DNA of 64,000 nucleotides from Eukaryota sp. GEM-RC1. Lineage: Eukaryota. This document shows positions 1-13,739 of this stretch, one piece after another. Made by a program: the position numbers and the translations under genes. A model generated the notes under the pieces. That model made no database searches, was not told where the DNA came from, and was given only the letters and a program-made list of their open reading frames with translations. Location of the stretch: contig JAUFOQ010000005.1 of the NCBI GenBank assembly GCA_040285855.1, positions 2,108,001 to 2,172,000 of the forward strand, in the 5' to 3' direction. Numbering within the stretch: position 1 is the stretch's first letter; each line of letters begins with the position of its first letter.

Positions 1-336
1 TGGAACTGATTCTAGAGGAGTAACCTCCTCTGGTTCAACTTCGATGTCTGAAAGATCAGAAGTATTGTGATCAAAATTTGTGTGTGTTTTTGAAGCTAAA
101 GCTTTATCAACAATGAGAACAGGTCTAACTAAGGAAGATGTGGATTTCTTACCAATTATTGAGGCAAATCGAGAGGACTCTTCGTCATCAGAAGAAGCTT
201 CAGAATCGGAGAGAATTGTAGCAGGATGAGATTTAGCCTTAAGAGATTGGGTGATAGATTTACGAAGAGATGTTGTAGCTGAATCTTCAACTACAGGAGT
301 GGCTCCCAGTCCTAAACGTTGAGGACGTCTGTTCAT
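1..336 (-). CDS. Hypothetical protein, 5' part (runs off the window start)
   Basis: ATG at 336(-), open to the window edge: MNRRPQRLGLGATPVVEDSATTSLRKSITQSLKAK...SDSEASSDDEES; not in the ORF track because no stop lies in the window. Confidence 0.6.
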   Translation of the reverse strand, partial: MNRRPQRLGLGATPVVEDSATTSLRKSITQSLKAKSHPATILSDSEASSDDEESSRFASIIGKKSTSSLVRPVLIVDKALASKTHTNFDHNTSDLSDIEVEPEEVTPLESVP

Positions 337-365
337 TTGGTAGGTAAATGAAACAAATTCTTTGA

Positions 366-1110
366 TATTTTTGTTCACATTCACTATTAGATAGTGAACA
401 CTCAATTCAGTGTAAGTACAGAATGAGTGTGATCAATTACGATTCATATTCGACAAGGAAATTAATGGTATCAGATAGTTTAGTTAACATGCTTTGATTT
501 ATTCAGAACAGTCTCATCTACTTACGATCGCTACAGCTTGCTACATTTCCCTTGTTTACGTGTGACAGTGACGGTGCTACCACAATTAAATGTTATACAA
601 TACACGTACTCCATCATATACAGATACTATCACAAACTATATTCGGTTCCCAAAATGATGAAAGTCCTGAACAACTATGAATTTAAAAGATCAAATAATA
701 CTAAGACTAAATCCAAACGATTTCACACTTATTCGGTAAGATTACGGTTTTCAACATTAACCTTCATGTACAATTTCTCCACAAGCATCTGGAATACTCT
801 GTCAAAATGACGTGTTGGTTTTTTCCTGATTTACCCCAATGACTTAAGTTCATTTATAGCTGGAATGGCCGAGGTTTCAGCTTTACAAAATAAACAGACA
901 CTGATGGTCTATATCGATAACTAAAACATCAGCAGTTAAGAAAAAATTGGGAGTAATATATGTTGAATTGAAGGACAAGTTATGAGTTTTCTTCAACTTG
1001 AAACTCAAATGTTTTTAATCTATAAATACAGTACCAATCATTTTAATCATAGCTTGAAAGTACATCATTTTTCCATAATAATTTGTTATAATAAGAATAA
1101 TTTCTATAAT
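366..1110. repeat. Dispersed ~750-bp repeat, copy 1 (copy 2 at 43462-44252)
   Basis: Collinear similarity from tatttttgttcacattcactattagatagtgaacactcaa onward; the internal part (~700-780) resembles the 3' tail of the CRE-like retroelement at 5625-5720. Confidence 0.85.
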
Positions 1111-1551
1111 TTTTTTTGAATTATTATTATTATTGACAACAATACAACAGTGTACATGCATCTAATAATCAATATCCTCAAAGTCCAAAAAAAATACGGT
1201 ACGCAAAACACTTAAAAGAAATGATATTAAACTTTTGGAAAGTGTGAATTAATGGGTATTCTCAGTTGATATTTCTTAACATTACTGGTTAAGTGTATAG
1301 AATAAACAATTACCGTACGATCAACACAAAAATATATACTGTAATTGTAATGATTTGAATAATTGTTCGACAAAGAGATTCTGAGTCTTATCCTGTGGAT
1401 ACTCCTGTGGAAGGTGTTCGAGATCAGCCTTATGAAAGGGCATAAGAAGAACTAAGGCCATCTTCCAGAACATTAGTAGAGTGAATGGTCAAACCAAAAT
1501 CTCTCTCCTCGATCTCTGTCATCATTATTAAACAATTTCAATCCAAACTAC

Positions 1552-2914
1552 ATGTCCTTCTTTTCTACAGACTACTCATCTGACTTCTTCGACTCTTCCT
1601 TTGACTTTGATACACCTGTGATAGCTCATAAAATTAAAGACGGCCTTTACATTGGCGGTGCCGAAGCCGCTTACAGATCTGAGTTCATCTTCTCCAATAA
1701 AATCACATTCATCATTAACTGTGCCGCTGGTCAAGTTGATGAGCGGTGGTCTTCCCAGGGAGTAAAAGTTTGACATCCTTTTTCGTATCTCATCTCAGTA
1801 TCTGTCTTTCCCGTGGCGTGATGATTCTTCTTGTGTTATAATAGATCCTGAAAGACGGAATCTCAGAAAAGTTTCGCAGTTTGTTAAGACTGCTAGAAGT
1901 ATGGAACAATGTGTTCTCATACACTCCCTGCATGGCCGTTCCCGTTGTGTTGCTCTTGTTGCTGCTTACTTAATGGACTCGTACCAATGGGATCTCAAAA
2001 CCACCAGAGACTTCCTCTCTTTCAAACTCTCTCTTAAATTCGTCAAACCTGGTCTCTGGAAGCAACTCGAACACTTCTCCAAGTTCCTCAAGACTTCTTC
2101 TCCCCGCCCTGTTTCTCCCGATAGTTTCGATGAGAGAGAAGTTCTATTAAACACACATCAAAACACTTCCCTAGGTGGTCTACTTCAACCAAAGGAAGGC
2201 CCCTATCTACCTCAGTTTAGACCGACTCGAAGGATCAAAAGAAGAGCTCCTGCAGTACGATTTGGTGACGTGTACCTCCAACCAATGTCAACTCCTTCTA
2301 AAACAGAAACCACACCGATACTTAAAGTTAAATCTCCGTCGGTTGCTCCCTATGGCCTTGACGAAGAAGAGTGGAAACTGAAGCAAGAACAACTCATTAA
2401 AGAGTTGAACAATTTAGAAGTTGAGAAGGAAGCTTCAGAAATTGATATAACAGATATACTGGAGAATTCACCAGATCCAACTCCAACACCAATAACTAGA
2501 AGTAAATCATCGAAGTCTCCTAATAAGGATAAGAATATAATGAAGCTAGTTCTTGAAAAACCAGGACACGATTCCTCTTCAGACGAGGATCTCTCTGATT
2601 CACTTTCTTCTAAGTTCTTCGCTTTACCACCTTCTCCTAGAACCAACAATAAGATTAATGCTGTTCCAGAGGATCAAAAGTCTCCTCTAAAGTCGCCTAC
2701 CTATTCCTCTTTGTCAAGGAGTCAGGAACTATCACGAAGGACTCAATTAGGAAGTTCGATTCAATCGCAATCTACATTTACATCGAAAGTTAATACTGCT
2801 ACTCCCACTTCAATGGACCAACCTACGTCTAAACCTCCAGCAAAGGTTAAAAAGATACGGAAGAAGTCAACTGTTTCTCCTTCATTGTTGGCTTCTACTG
2901 TAGCTTCCCTCTAG
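1552..2914 (+). CDS. Dual-specificity phosphatase-fold protein, probable pseudophosphatase; intron 1768-1798
   Basis: KIKDGLYIGG..AA, ITFIINCA; removing the 31-nt gtttga..ctcag intron joins GVK|YLSFPWRDD in frame with ORF 1901-2914; P-loop reads IHSLHGRSRC; a possible frameshift near 2908 would extend the CDS to 3020. Confidence 0.85.
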
Positions 2915-3364
2915 TAAAGTGTCAACTAGCGCTTCGCGAAGACAGAAGTTAGTAGGAGGTCAGACTGATCGGGATCGTGTTTATTCGGCTATCCCTTCTA
3001 GAATTACTAGTTTTAGGTAGAGGAGAGGAATTGTTATTGAAATTGTCTTTTCGTTTTATTAGTTTTTGATTTTCGTTTTTTCCGGCGCGATTGGTTTTGT
3101 TGTATATTATGGTCGTTAAATAACACGATTATAAAAAACTTCTGTCAGATCATTACCTTTTAATTTTTCTTGCACTTTTCCGATATTTTGACCCCAACGT
3201 ATCTGTATTAAAGTTTTATGCGTTTTAAAAGACGAAAAATAATTCAAATAATGATAACACTGTTCTGCTATTCACTGAAGAGCTTGGATGGTTTCAATAC
3301 CAAGTTAAGGATGATGGACATTAGGAAGTTTGAGATGAATGTTGAAGTCCTCATTTCTTGATCA

Positions 3365-4695
3365 ATGGTCACACCTCACCCTGAACCTTTGTTGAAAAGA
3401 GTCGTTCATCCCCTTCCAGTATCTCCTCTGTGATGTCTGACTGTGACGAACTGTCGGTATTGTCTTCATCCACACATCCTCCCTTTAAACGTGTCCATGT
3501 TCAGCAGACCTTGTTGATTCTTATCCATCTCCACTTGCTGAGATGTCTTATTAAGCTTACTCTCGAAAACAATTTTGATCGAATTGATCCTCAACTCACT
3601 GCTTTGAAAACAGCATTACCTGCATACTTTGGACAAGTTGGCTATGTAAGTAGTCACTTCCTTGATTCTTCATTACAAGCAGTCAAAATATATTTTCAAT
3701 TACACACCTTTCGTGCCGATGATGAAAACTTCCCCAAACTAATTTCACTTGCTTCTTTCTTTGGAGCAGATCTACAATCTGTTTTCTTGCACGCTGGTGG
3801 AAGTTTCGAAATTGAGAAATTTCTTAATTATTCTGGTATAATTACAGGATTGAGAATCAAACTAAGGGAACCCTCTGATTTAGAGTTTCTAAACAATTCT
3901 TCTTCTTTATTTCCATGTCTTAAGCAGCTAGAAGTAGAAGTAACGAGACGAAACGCCTCTGTTTCTATGTTATTGATTGAAGCGTTGAAAACCAATACTA
4001 CAGTTACAATTGTTAATCTGTTTTACAACTCTATTGGAGATGAAGGTGCCAGAGCTTTGGCAGAGGCGTTGAAAGTTAACACTTCAATTACAAGTGTTTA
4101 TCTGATGTTCAACTCTGTTGGAGATGAAGGTGCCAGAGCTTTGGCAGAGGCGTTGAAAGTTAATGCTTCAGTTACCAGTGTTAATCTGTGGCGTAACTCT
4201 ATCGGAGCTGAAGGTGCCAGAGCTTTGGCAGAGGCGTGGAAAGTTAATGCTTCTGTTACCAGTGTTGATCTGCGTGGAAACTCTATTGGAGCTGAAGGTG
4301 CTAGAGCTTTGGCAGATGCGTTGAAAGTTAACACTTCAATTACAAGTGTTTATCTGATGTTCAACTCTGTTGGAGATGAAGGTGCCAGAGCTTTGGCAGA
4401 GGCGTTGAAAGTTAATGCTTCTGTTACAAGTGTTAATCTGTGGCGTAACTCTATCGGAGCTGAAGGTGCCAGAGCTTTGACAGATGTATTGAAAGTTAAT
4501 TCTTCAGTCACAAGTATTAATCTGGGCAGCAACTCTATCGGTGATGAAGGTGCCAGAGCTTTGGCAGATGTATTGAAAGTTAATACCAAAGTAGATTTAC
4601 AGTATTCACATCAAGCCCTGTATGATAGTAGTTCAGATGATGCTATTGGTTATGATTATAGTGATGCAACTTATTCTGATTCAGATGATGATTAA
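3365..4695 (+). CDS. LRR family gene, copy 1 (28-aa RI/NLRC3-like repeats, family-specific N-terminal domain); frameshift near 3397
   Basis: Repeats of NSIGDEGARALAEALKVNASVTSVNL; ATG 3365 is homologous to the starts of the paralogues. Confidence 0.85.
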
Positions 4696-4878
4696 AGACA
4701 TAGTTTTCTAGTTCTGGACGATGTTAGACTTTAGAGAGAAACTTATGAGAACAAGAAACCCGTACTATATCTCGAACAGGGGCAATTGTAAGTCTGACTT
4801 TGATATTAAAATAAATTTACACGACGTGTTGTTAACCGGAGTTTTGGTATGCTTAGGTATACAAAAGACTAACTACTA

Positions 4879-5462
4879 CACTGGTTTGTCTAATTAGTCT
4901 CACTGAGACTAATTTGCAAGGAAAGTTTTCGTCATCAATTTTAGAATTAGGCTCACTGAGACTGTTTATCTGATGAGACTAATTCAAAAGGTGAGACTAA
5001 TTTGAAGACTACTTTACCAATGCTGATTACTATTCATTACGAAAAACTATTGATAACTGATAATATGATTCCCATAAAAACACTCCGAATATTTTCGATT
5101 ATGTTCTTCAAAAACAAGGTGCATTTGAGTGATGTTTAATTGCTCAAACAGAGTCCACGTCTAACTACAGCTTATCTAGTCTGTTATACCATCAAAATCC
5201 CAATTATCTTCGTCGGAAGTACTAACAGCAGGGTTTTGAGGTCGAGCGATGTGTGCTTAAACGAAACCAAACGCTGCAAAGATCGGTCATGAAAAGACAT
5301 GATGGTAGTCCATTAAAATAGGGCATATGAAAACCAAAAAATAATAAAATTACACACATAGTATATTTGGACTATAGTCTCACTGACAAAATTCAAAGGT
5401 CAATTTTAGAATTAGTCTCACTGAGACTAATTAGCTGATGAGACTAATGAGACAAACCAGTG
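4879..5462. mobile_element. MITE with CACTGGTTTGTC TIRs, TA-flanked
   Basis: cactggtttgtc...gacaaaccagtg with ta on both sides; repeated subterminal palindromes agtctcactgagact; near-identical copy at 13142-13725. Confidence 0.85.
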
Positions 5463-5479
5463 TAGTAGAACAACTGTTA

Positions 5480-6640
5480 TGATTTTGTAGAAATTACTTG
5501 TATTTCTGGTGGCTGTAGTCTGGTTATTATATATGTGCTTTGTATTAAAAAAGAGAAAACTTTATTCAACACCCAATTCGGTAACCTTCCTACAAAACTA
5601 TGAAATTGTAAACACAAACAAATAACACTGAGATTAAATCCACACGACTTCATCACCACCCGATAAAAGATTACGTTTATCAACATTAACCTTCACACCA
5701 AACTTGTACAATTTGTCAATTAATCGAGAGAAATAGAAAGGTATATTCCGATATATGGAAAACACTATACGGTTTTTCCATTCAGCTATTCTAAACTTAC
5801 GCTTCTTTTCTTTACACAGTTCTTCGAAATCCTTGAAAAATTGATCACCAGCAGAACTAATAGATCCAAAAAGAGACACAACAAAAGGTTGAAACACAAA
5901 TTTGGAATATGAGTTTCTATTTAATTCTTCTACTGGAGAGTCATACTTAGAGTGATTGAGCTTTTCAGCAGCTCTCAACGGGTTAAAAGAAGAATCTAAT
6001 ATCCTACTATCACAAGATGTGTTACAAACATCTACTGTATTAAAATCCATTAATGATTGACTCGATTTAAGCCACGGAGTAAGGAGATCCCCTCTTTTTG
6101 ATCAGTAAATTCATTTTCTGAAAGATGATTCAAAACTGGTTCAACTTTAGAGTGAAAACCATGTGCTTGAAACATGGAATAACAAGAATCATGAATTACT
6201 GCACGTAGATGAATAAAATAACGACAATTAATTATATGACGAAAAACACCATTAGCTCCATAAGAGCAAGTTGAATAGTTTAATAAATTTGCAGGTCAAA
6301 TAGTCAAACGAAAACGCATATTGATACATCCAAGCTTCATCAGATAGATGTAATCCATACACCTTAGGAATTTGAGAAATAAATCCAGAAGGTCCACTCT
6401 TACAAAAGTCACTTAAAAAAGCAGCGAACACGGGACTATTAGTTTCAGCCAAGCTAATACGATCATTAAAGTCCAAGAGTTCAAACTCCTTTGTCAATTT
6501 ATTTTGCAGCTTACATACAGCAGACGGAAGAGATTAAACATTTTTTAAAGGAGTCTTCTTCAAATGAGCAGGGAACAAAGATTCCCACATTTCAGGAGAC
6601 AAAGATGATACCAAATCTTTAGCAGATTGAATCCAACGGC
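5480..6640 (-). mobile_element. Degenerate 3' fragment of a CRE-like (RLE) non-LTR retrotransposon
   Basis: Zn-knuckle remnant, IHD motif, VEP, DFNTVDV, AEKLxHSKY, FQPFVVSLFG; homologous to 13740-14709 and 41600-42595. Confidence 0.75.
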
Positions 6641-6764
6641 AATTACTGGAATTCAACAGATTGATTCCATCCAAGGGAAACCCTTTCAAACATAAAATTC
6701 TTAACACCTCCTAATAGAGCAGATTTTCTAATGATTTTTGAAAAACTCCATTTCTTCAGCATCA

Positions 6765-8432
6765 ATGGTCACACCTGGTCATGAATCTTTGAAAGAAGTC
6801 GTTCATCCCCTTCCCATATCTCCTCTGCGATGTCAAACTGTGATAAACTGTCTGTATTGTCTTTAACCACACATACTCCCCTCTAAACGTGTCCATGTTC
6901 AGCAGACTTTATTGATTCTTATCCACCTTCATTTGCTGAGACGTCTTCTCAAGGATACTCTCGGAAATAATCATAATCGAACTAATCGTCAACTCACTGC
7001 TTTGAAAACAGCATTACCTGCATTCTTTGGACAAGTTGGTCATGTAAGTAATCACTTCCTTGATTCTTCATTCCAAGCAGTTAAAGTGTATTTTCAATTA
7101 CACACCTTTCATGCTGATCTTGAAGACATTTCCAAACTAATTTCACTTGCATCTTTCTTTGGAGCAGATCTACAATCTGTTTTCTTGTACACTTACGAAA
7201 GCTTAGAAGTTGAGCAGTGTCTTAATTATTCTGGAATAATTACAGGATTGAGAATCGAACTGAGGAAACCCTCTGATTTAGAGTTTCTAAACAATTCTTC
7301 CTCCTTATTTCCACGTCTTAAGCAGCTAGAAGTTGAAGTGATCCACCGCACCTCTGTTTCTATGTTACTGATTGAATCGTTGAAAACCAATACTACAGTT
7401 ACAAGTGTTAATCTGGTTTACAACTTTATTGGAGATGAAGGTGCCAGAGCTTTGGCAGAGGCATTGAAAGTTAATGCTTCAGTTACAAGTGTTAATCTAG
7501 ATGGAAACTCCATTGGAGCTGAAGGTGCTAGAGCTTTGGCAGAGGCATTGAAAGTTAATGCTTCAGTTACAAGTGTTAATCTAGATGGAAACTCCATTGG
7601 AGCTGAAGGTGCTAGAGCTTTGGCAGAGGCATTGAAAGTTAATGCTTCAGTTACAATTGTGAATCTCGTTGACAACTCTATTGGAGATGAAGGTGCTAGA
7701 GCCTTGGCAGAGGCGTTGAAAGTTAATGCTTCAGTTACAAGTGTTATTCTGAGGGACAACTCTATTGGAGATGAAGGTGCCAGAGCTTTGGCAGATGCAT
7801 TGAAAGTTAATGCTTCAGTTACAAGTGTTATTCTGAGGGACAACTCTATTGGAGATGAAGGTGCTAGAGCTTTGGCAGATGCATTGAAAGTTAATGCTTC
7901 AGTTAGTGTTATTCTGAGGGACAACTCTATTGGAGATGAAGGTGCTAGAGCTTTGGCAGATGCATTGAAAGTTAATGCTTCAGTTAGTGTTATTCTGAGG
8001 GACAACTCTATTGGAGATGAAGGTGCTAGAGCTTTGGCAGATGCATTGAAAGTTAATGCTTTAATTACCAGTATTGATCTAGGTTACAACTCTATTGGAG
8101 ATGAAGGTGTTAGAGCTTTGGCAGATGCGTTGAAAGTTAATGCTTTAATTACCAGTATTGATCTAGAGTCCAACGATATTGGAGATGAAGGTGTTAGAGC
8201 TTTGGCAGAGACGTTGAAAGTTAATACTTCAGTTACAAGTATTGATCTGGGTTTCAACTCTATTGGAGATGAAGGCGCCGAAGCTTTGGCAGATGCATTG
8301 AAAGTTAATGCTTCAGTTACAACTGTTTATCTGGGTTACAACTCTATTAGAGATGAAGGTGCTAGAGCTTTGGCAGAGGCGTTAGATGTTAATCCTAGAC
8401 TTGAAATAGAGGGAGTATATGAACAATCTTAA
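6765..8432 (+). CDS. LRR family gene, copy 2 (about 12 LRRs); 5' frameshifts
   Basis: ORF 6912-8432; homologous ATG at 6765. Confidence 0.85.
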
Positions 8433-10688
8433 TTAGTTGTATTTATTAAATTGTTATTCTTTTGTTAAGTCCATTGGTCGTTTTTATCTGTAATTTGACT
8501 GTGAATGATTGAGACTGATGTGTATTGGTATGTTCGATATGTTATTTTCTTAGAGTATTCTTAGTTTCTTTGAAGTATTTGGTCGCAATATTATTCTTTA
8601 ATGTCATCCCTACTCAGATTTGTTACTCCTTTCAAATTACCAACAGTATACTGGTAAATCAACTTAATTCTATTATTAGTTGAAGGAGTTACTAAATACA
8701 CTCAACAAAATTAGGGGTTCAAATTCATGCAATGCAGTAAATCATGTAAATCGAATGTTTTGTTAAGCTGTTGTTAAAGTCATTTTTGGTGAAGAGTTCT
8801 GTTTCCATTGTATTCTAACAACTATATATGTAAAGCATGTTGAATACGAATCATGCCCTTTGCTGTTTCAATTGATGGACGTTTAGGAAAAATTAAACGA
8901 AATTAGGGTAACAAAACAGAACGTGATATACTCCAAGATTTTAACCCCGCTATTTGTCCCAAGGGTGTTAACGTTGCTGGTTCTTTTCCCCCTTCAGAAC
9001 CAAGATTCCCTTCAATTACTACAGGAGAATCAATTACGAACACGTTTGCTAATGGTTATGTTATCTACGTGCAGCACCACTTTCAGTATCAATAACCCTA
9101 AAAATTTGGTCTTCGGAGTGTGTCTTTATTGGCATAATAAGGAATGGAAAGTGGGGCGTAGATCTTCTTTAATACTTGTAAAATATTTATTGAAACATTT
9201 GTTTTTTTTAGAAATGGTCGTAAGTACTAGGGGTTAGGGTTATGCCTAAAGTATATATAGGCAGTGTTGTCACTAGGGGTGTACAAGACTAAGACTCGAG
9301 TCGGACTCAGCAATTGTAAGTCTGACTTTGATTATAAAAATAAATTTACACGACGTATTGTTAACCGGAGTTTTGGTCTTTGCAGTATGCATTCATTTAG
9401 AGTATGTTACACAAGAGGCATATCATTGATTTGGTCATCATAAAATGATCTTTTGTTTAAAAACGTTAACTGTTCAGTCAATAAGAACGTCCACAATAAA
9501 CAATATATTGTACAATAACACAATACAATATTTGTCATTTTGTGCAACTATAACAAGAATCATATATCTGACAACGTCACTGTTCTTCACATTACAACCA
9601 AACTATTGGAAGATGTGCAACCCCCAGTTGTTCATTAGAAATCCTGTGATGAAGGAAAACCTTGTATATATTACAGAAAATTCTGATGGTATGTCGTCTG
9701 AGCAACAAATGAAATTAACAGAGCTCAGACTCTTTAGAACCAGACAGCACAGATGATCTATTATTCATACCCTCATCCAGTTAAGACATTGACAACTTTT
9801 TCAGTAGAGCAAAGAACACTCTCACATTAAACCGAATTTAATGTCACAATGTCAATTTTGGCATTTAGTACTACCAGAAATCAGCATACAGTGTCCTTTG
9901 TTAGGACTCGGGAAGCAGAAAGTGAAGCATACCGACAATACAACACAATACTTGATTGGACAATGTATTTATTGTTCGATCAAGCAATAAAAATACAATA
10001 AATATATAATTTTTGTAGTTGCTGGTCTGGACACAAAACTGAAAACAGGCCAACAGACAAATGAGCAAATTCATGAACAAGGTCGAGGAAAAATGGCTCC
10101 TTATTCGTGCGAAAAAACAATATTGTTGATTTACGTTTTTTCCGGCGCAATTGGTAGTGTTGTATAGTATGGCTGTTAAATAACACGATTACCAAAAACT
10201 TCTGTCAGATTAATGTTTAATTCTCTTTTAAATGGTTGTACCTTTTCGATTCCCATATCTTTACCCTAATATGTTTGCAATTATTTTTGATCTTCGTTCT
10301 TGGTAATAAAACTATGTAAGTACACCGTATTGTTTCACATCTCTGAATTGTTACAATTATGGTAGGTTTTCATCCCTCCTGCAGTCAAAGTTTAACTCGA
10401 TTGGATCATCAAAAGTTTTTACCAAATATCAATAGGTATGTTTAAGGCAGAGTTAATCAATAAACACATCTAAAAAAGGTCGGATTCTGATAAGTTGATT
10501 GTCATGTCAGAAAAAATTGGATTCTGATCAGACCGACGGTGGGTCTATCAGAAGGTCATCTGAACCAAATTTCCAGCTAGACAGACAACTTTTGAAAAGC
10601 CAACAAAGACAAATGTATCAGGTCTCAATCAACAACTGAATTATAAAAGGATCAAATTATGTATTAAAATAATTGAACTACAAAAAAA

Positions 10689-11614
10689 CTATCGATCTAA
10701 ACTAGCTCCTTCAACAACCCTTAATGCTTCAATCTCAGTATCAATCCGTGAAACTAACGCATCACAATAACGAGATAGCTGTGACATTGAAACAATCGCA
10801 TGAAGCTGTTGCGGCTCTGTAACATGCATACGGCCCTTCTTAAGAGGAATACCAGCTTTGACTTGCTCTCGTAGCTTGGCTGCTGTGGAAGCACTGGATA
10901 GATAACGACGACATTCATGTAGCATAGCATCAGCGGCGTTTTCCGTAGAGTCAATGTCAGAGATTAGGGCTTGTCTGTGATCCCTGGTGATAACAGAAGC
11001 TATGTTGGTTGGTGGTAGATCGTTTTGAATGAAGTAACTGGAGAGCCATAGGTTGATTAAGTTGACGTTCTGGATTTGAACAGGGACTTCAGTCCAAACA
11101 TCAGCAAAGGTTACCTTGGATTCTCGTAAGCTGTGGTGAATTCATGTAGAGAAACACACTGTGCGGCAGTAAAGTTTCCACTAGTGTAGTGTTCGAAGAA
11201 GGAATCGGAGATTCTGAAGGCCTTCAAAACAAAGTATCCGTTAGTGATACTAAGAGGATCAATGACGATGGTTATCCTATTCCGAATGTCTTTTTGCGAA
11301 AGATGTTGATTCTCCAATGCATCCATATCGAGATAAAAACCCAGATTAGAACAACGGAAGACACCAACGGGGAATACGTCTTGATTGGCATCACGTAGTG
11401 CTGGAAAGATTTTGTCATAGTAGTGGCGAGTTTCAAGATCATCCATGGCACTAAGTGGATAACAATCTGTGACTTCCAGAGAAGAATCGGTCTCCATTCC
11501 AAGTAGTTGTCCACTAAGAGTGTTTGGTAGATATTCTAGTCCGTACTTTACAAGTTTCAGTACAACTTTACCATCGATTTTGATGAGTGAAATGGGAGGG
11601 GAGAGAGGGTCCAT
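10689..11614 (-). CDS. EIF3H: Eukaryotic translation initiation factor 3 subunit H (MPN domain); intron 11131-11159
   Basis: IKIDGKVVLKLVK, GQLLG, LEVTDCYP, VIDP, LKAFRIS; a 29-nt gtgtgt..cacag intron joins the two ORFs in frame via FADVWTEVPVQIQN. Confidence 0.85.
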
Positions 11615-11709
11615 TTAAGGTGGTAGTAAAAGATTTGTTGATAAAAAGTTTCTACTACTACTGTACCTGACTAATAGTACTGGTAGAAATATCAGAAAGT
11701 CACTTTTCA

Positions 11710-12958
11710 ATGGTCAAACCTCTCTCTGAACCTTTGTTGAAAAGGAGTCGTTCATCCCCTTCCAGTATCTCCTCTGTGATGTCTAACTGTGACGAACTGT
11801 CTGTATTGTCTTCATCTACACGTACTCCCCTCTAAACGTATCCGTGTTCAGCAGACCTTGTTAATTCTTGTCCATCTCCACTTGCTGAGACGTCTTCTCC
11901 AGCGTACTCTCGAAAATATTGAGGATCGAACTAATCCTCAACTCGATGCTTTGAAAACAGTTTTACCTGTATTCTTTGGACAAGTTGGCTATGTAAGTAA
12001 TCACTTCCTTGATTCTTCATTACAAGCAGTTAAAGTGTATTTTCAATTACACACCTTTCGTGCCGATGATGAAGACTTCCCCAAACTATTTTCACTTGCT
12101 TCTTTCTTTGGAGCAGATCTACAATCTGTTTTCTTGGACGTTTACGAAATTTTAGAAATTGAGAATTTTCTTAATTATTCTGGTATAATTACAGGATTGA
12201 GAATCAAACTAAGGGAACCCTCTGATTTAGAGTTTCTAAACAATTCTTCTTCTTTATTTCCACGTCTTAAGCAGCTAGAAGTAGAAGTAACGAGACGAAA
12301 CGCCTCTGTTTCTATGTTATTGATTGAAGCGTTGAAAACCAATACTACAGTTACAATTGTTAATCTGTTTTACAACTCTATTGGAGATGAAGGTGCCAGA
12401 GCTTTGGCAGAGGCGTTGAAAGTTAACACTTCAATTACAAGTGTTTATCTGATGTTCAACTCTGTTGGAGATGAAGGTGCCAGAGCTTTGGCAGAGGCGT
12501 TGAAAGTTAATGCTTCAGTTACCAGTGTTAATCTGTGGCGTAACTCTATCGGAGCTGAAGGTGCCAGAGCTTTGGCAGAGGCGTGGAAAGTTAATGCTTC
12601 TGTTACCAGTGTTGATCTGCGTGGAATCTCTATTGGAGCTGAAGGTGCTAGAGCTTTGGCAGATGCGTTGAAAGTTAACACTTCAATTACAAGTGTTTAT
12701 CTGATGTTCAACTCTGTTGGAGATGAAGGTGCCAGAGCTTTGGCAGAGGCGTTGAAAGTTAATGCTTCTGTTACAAGTGTTAATCTGTGGCGTAACTCTA
12801 TCGGTGATGAAGGTGCCAGAGCTTTGGCAGATGTATTGAAAGTTAATACCAAAGTAGATTTACAGTATTCACATCAAGCCCTGTATGATAGTAGTTCAGA
12901 TGATGCTATTGGTTATGATTATAGTGATGCAACTTATTCTGATTCAGATGATGATTAA
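11710..12958 (+). CDS. LRR family gene, copy 3 (duplicate of copy 1 with one LRR fewer); 5' frameshift
   Basis: ORF 11789-12958; the 3' two-thirds are almost identical to 3820-4695. Confidence 0.85.
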
Positions 12959-13141
12959 AGACATAGTTTTCTAGTTCTGGACGATGTTAGACTTTAGAGA
13001 GAAACTTATGAGAACAAGAAACCCGTACTATATCTCGAACAGGGGCAATTGTAAGTCTGACTTTGATATTAAAATAAATTTACACGACGTGTTGTTAACC
13101 GGAGTTTTGGTATGCTTAGGTATAAAAAAGACTAACTACTA

Positions 13142-13725
13142 CACTGGTTTGTCTAATTAGTCTCACTGAGACTAATTTGCAAGGAAGTTTTCGTCATCAA
13201 TTTTAGAATTAGGCTCACTGAGACTATTTATCTGATGAGACTAATTCAAAAGGTGAGACTAATTTGAAGACTACTTTACCATTGCTGATTACTATTCATT
13301 ACGAAAAACTATTGATCACTGATAATATGATTCCCATAAAAACACTCCGAATATTTTCGATTATGTTCTTCAACAACAAGGTGCATTTGAGTGATGTTTA
13401 ATTGCTCAAACAGAGTCCACGTCTAACTACAGCTTATCTAGTCTGTTATACCATCAGAATCCCAATTATCTTCGTCGGAAGTACTAACAGCAGGGTTTTG
13501 AGGTCGAGCGATGTGTGCTTAAACGAAACCAAACGCTGCAAAGATCGGTCATGAAAAGACATGATGGTAGTCCATTAAAATAGGGCATATGAAAACCAAA
13601 AAAATAATAAAAATACACACATAGTATATTTGGACTATAGTCTCACTGACAAAATTCAAAGGTCAATTTTAGAATTAGTCTCACTGAGACTAATTAGCTG
13701 ATGAGACTAATGAGACAAACCAGTG
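13142..13725. mobile_element. MITE, duplicate of 4879-5462
   Basis: Same TIRs and same flanks; part of a segmental duplication. Confidence 0.85.
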
Positions 13726-13739
13726 TAGTAGAACAACTG

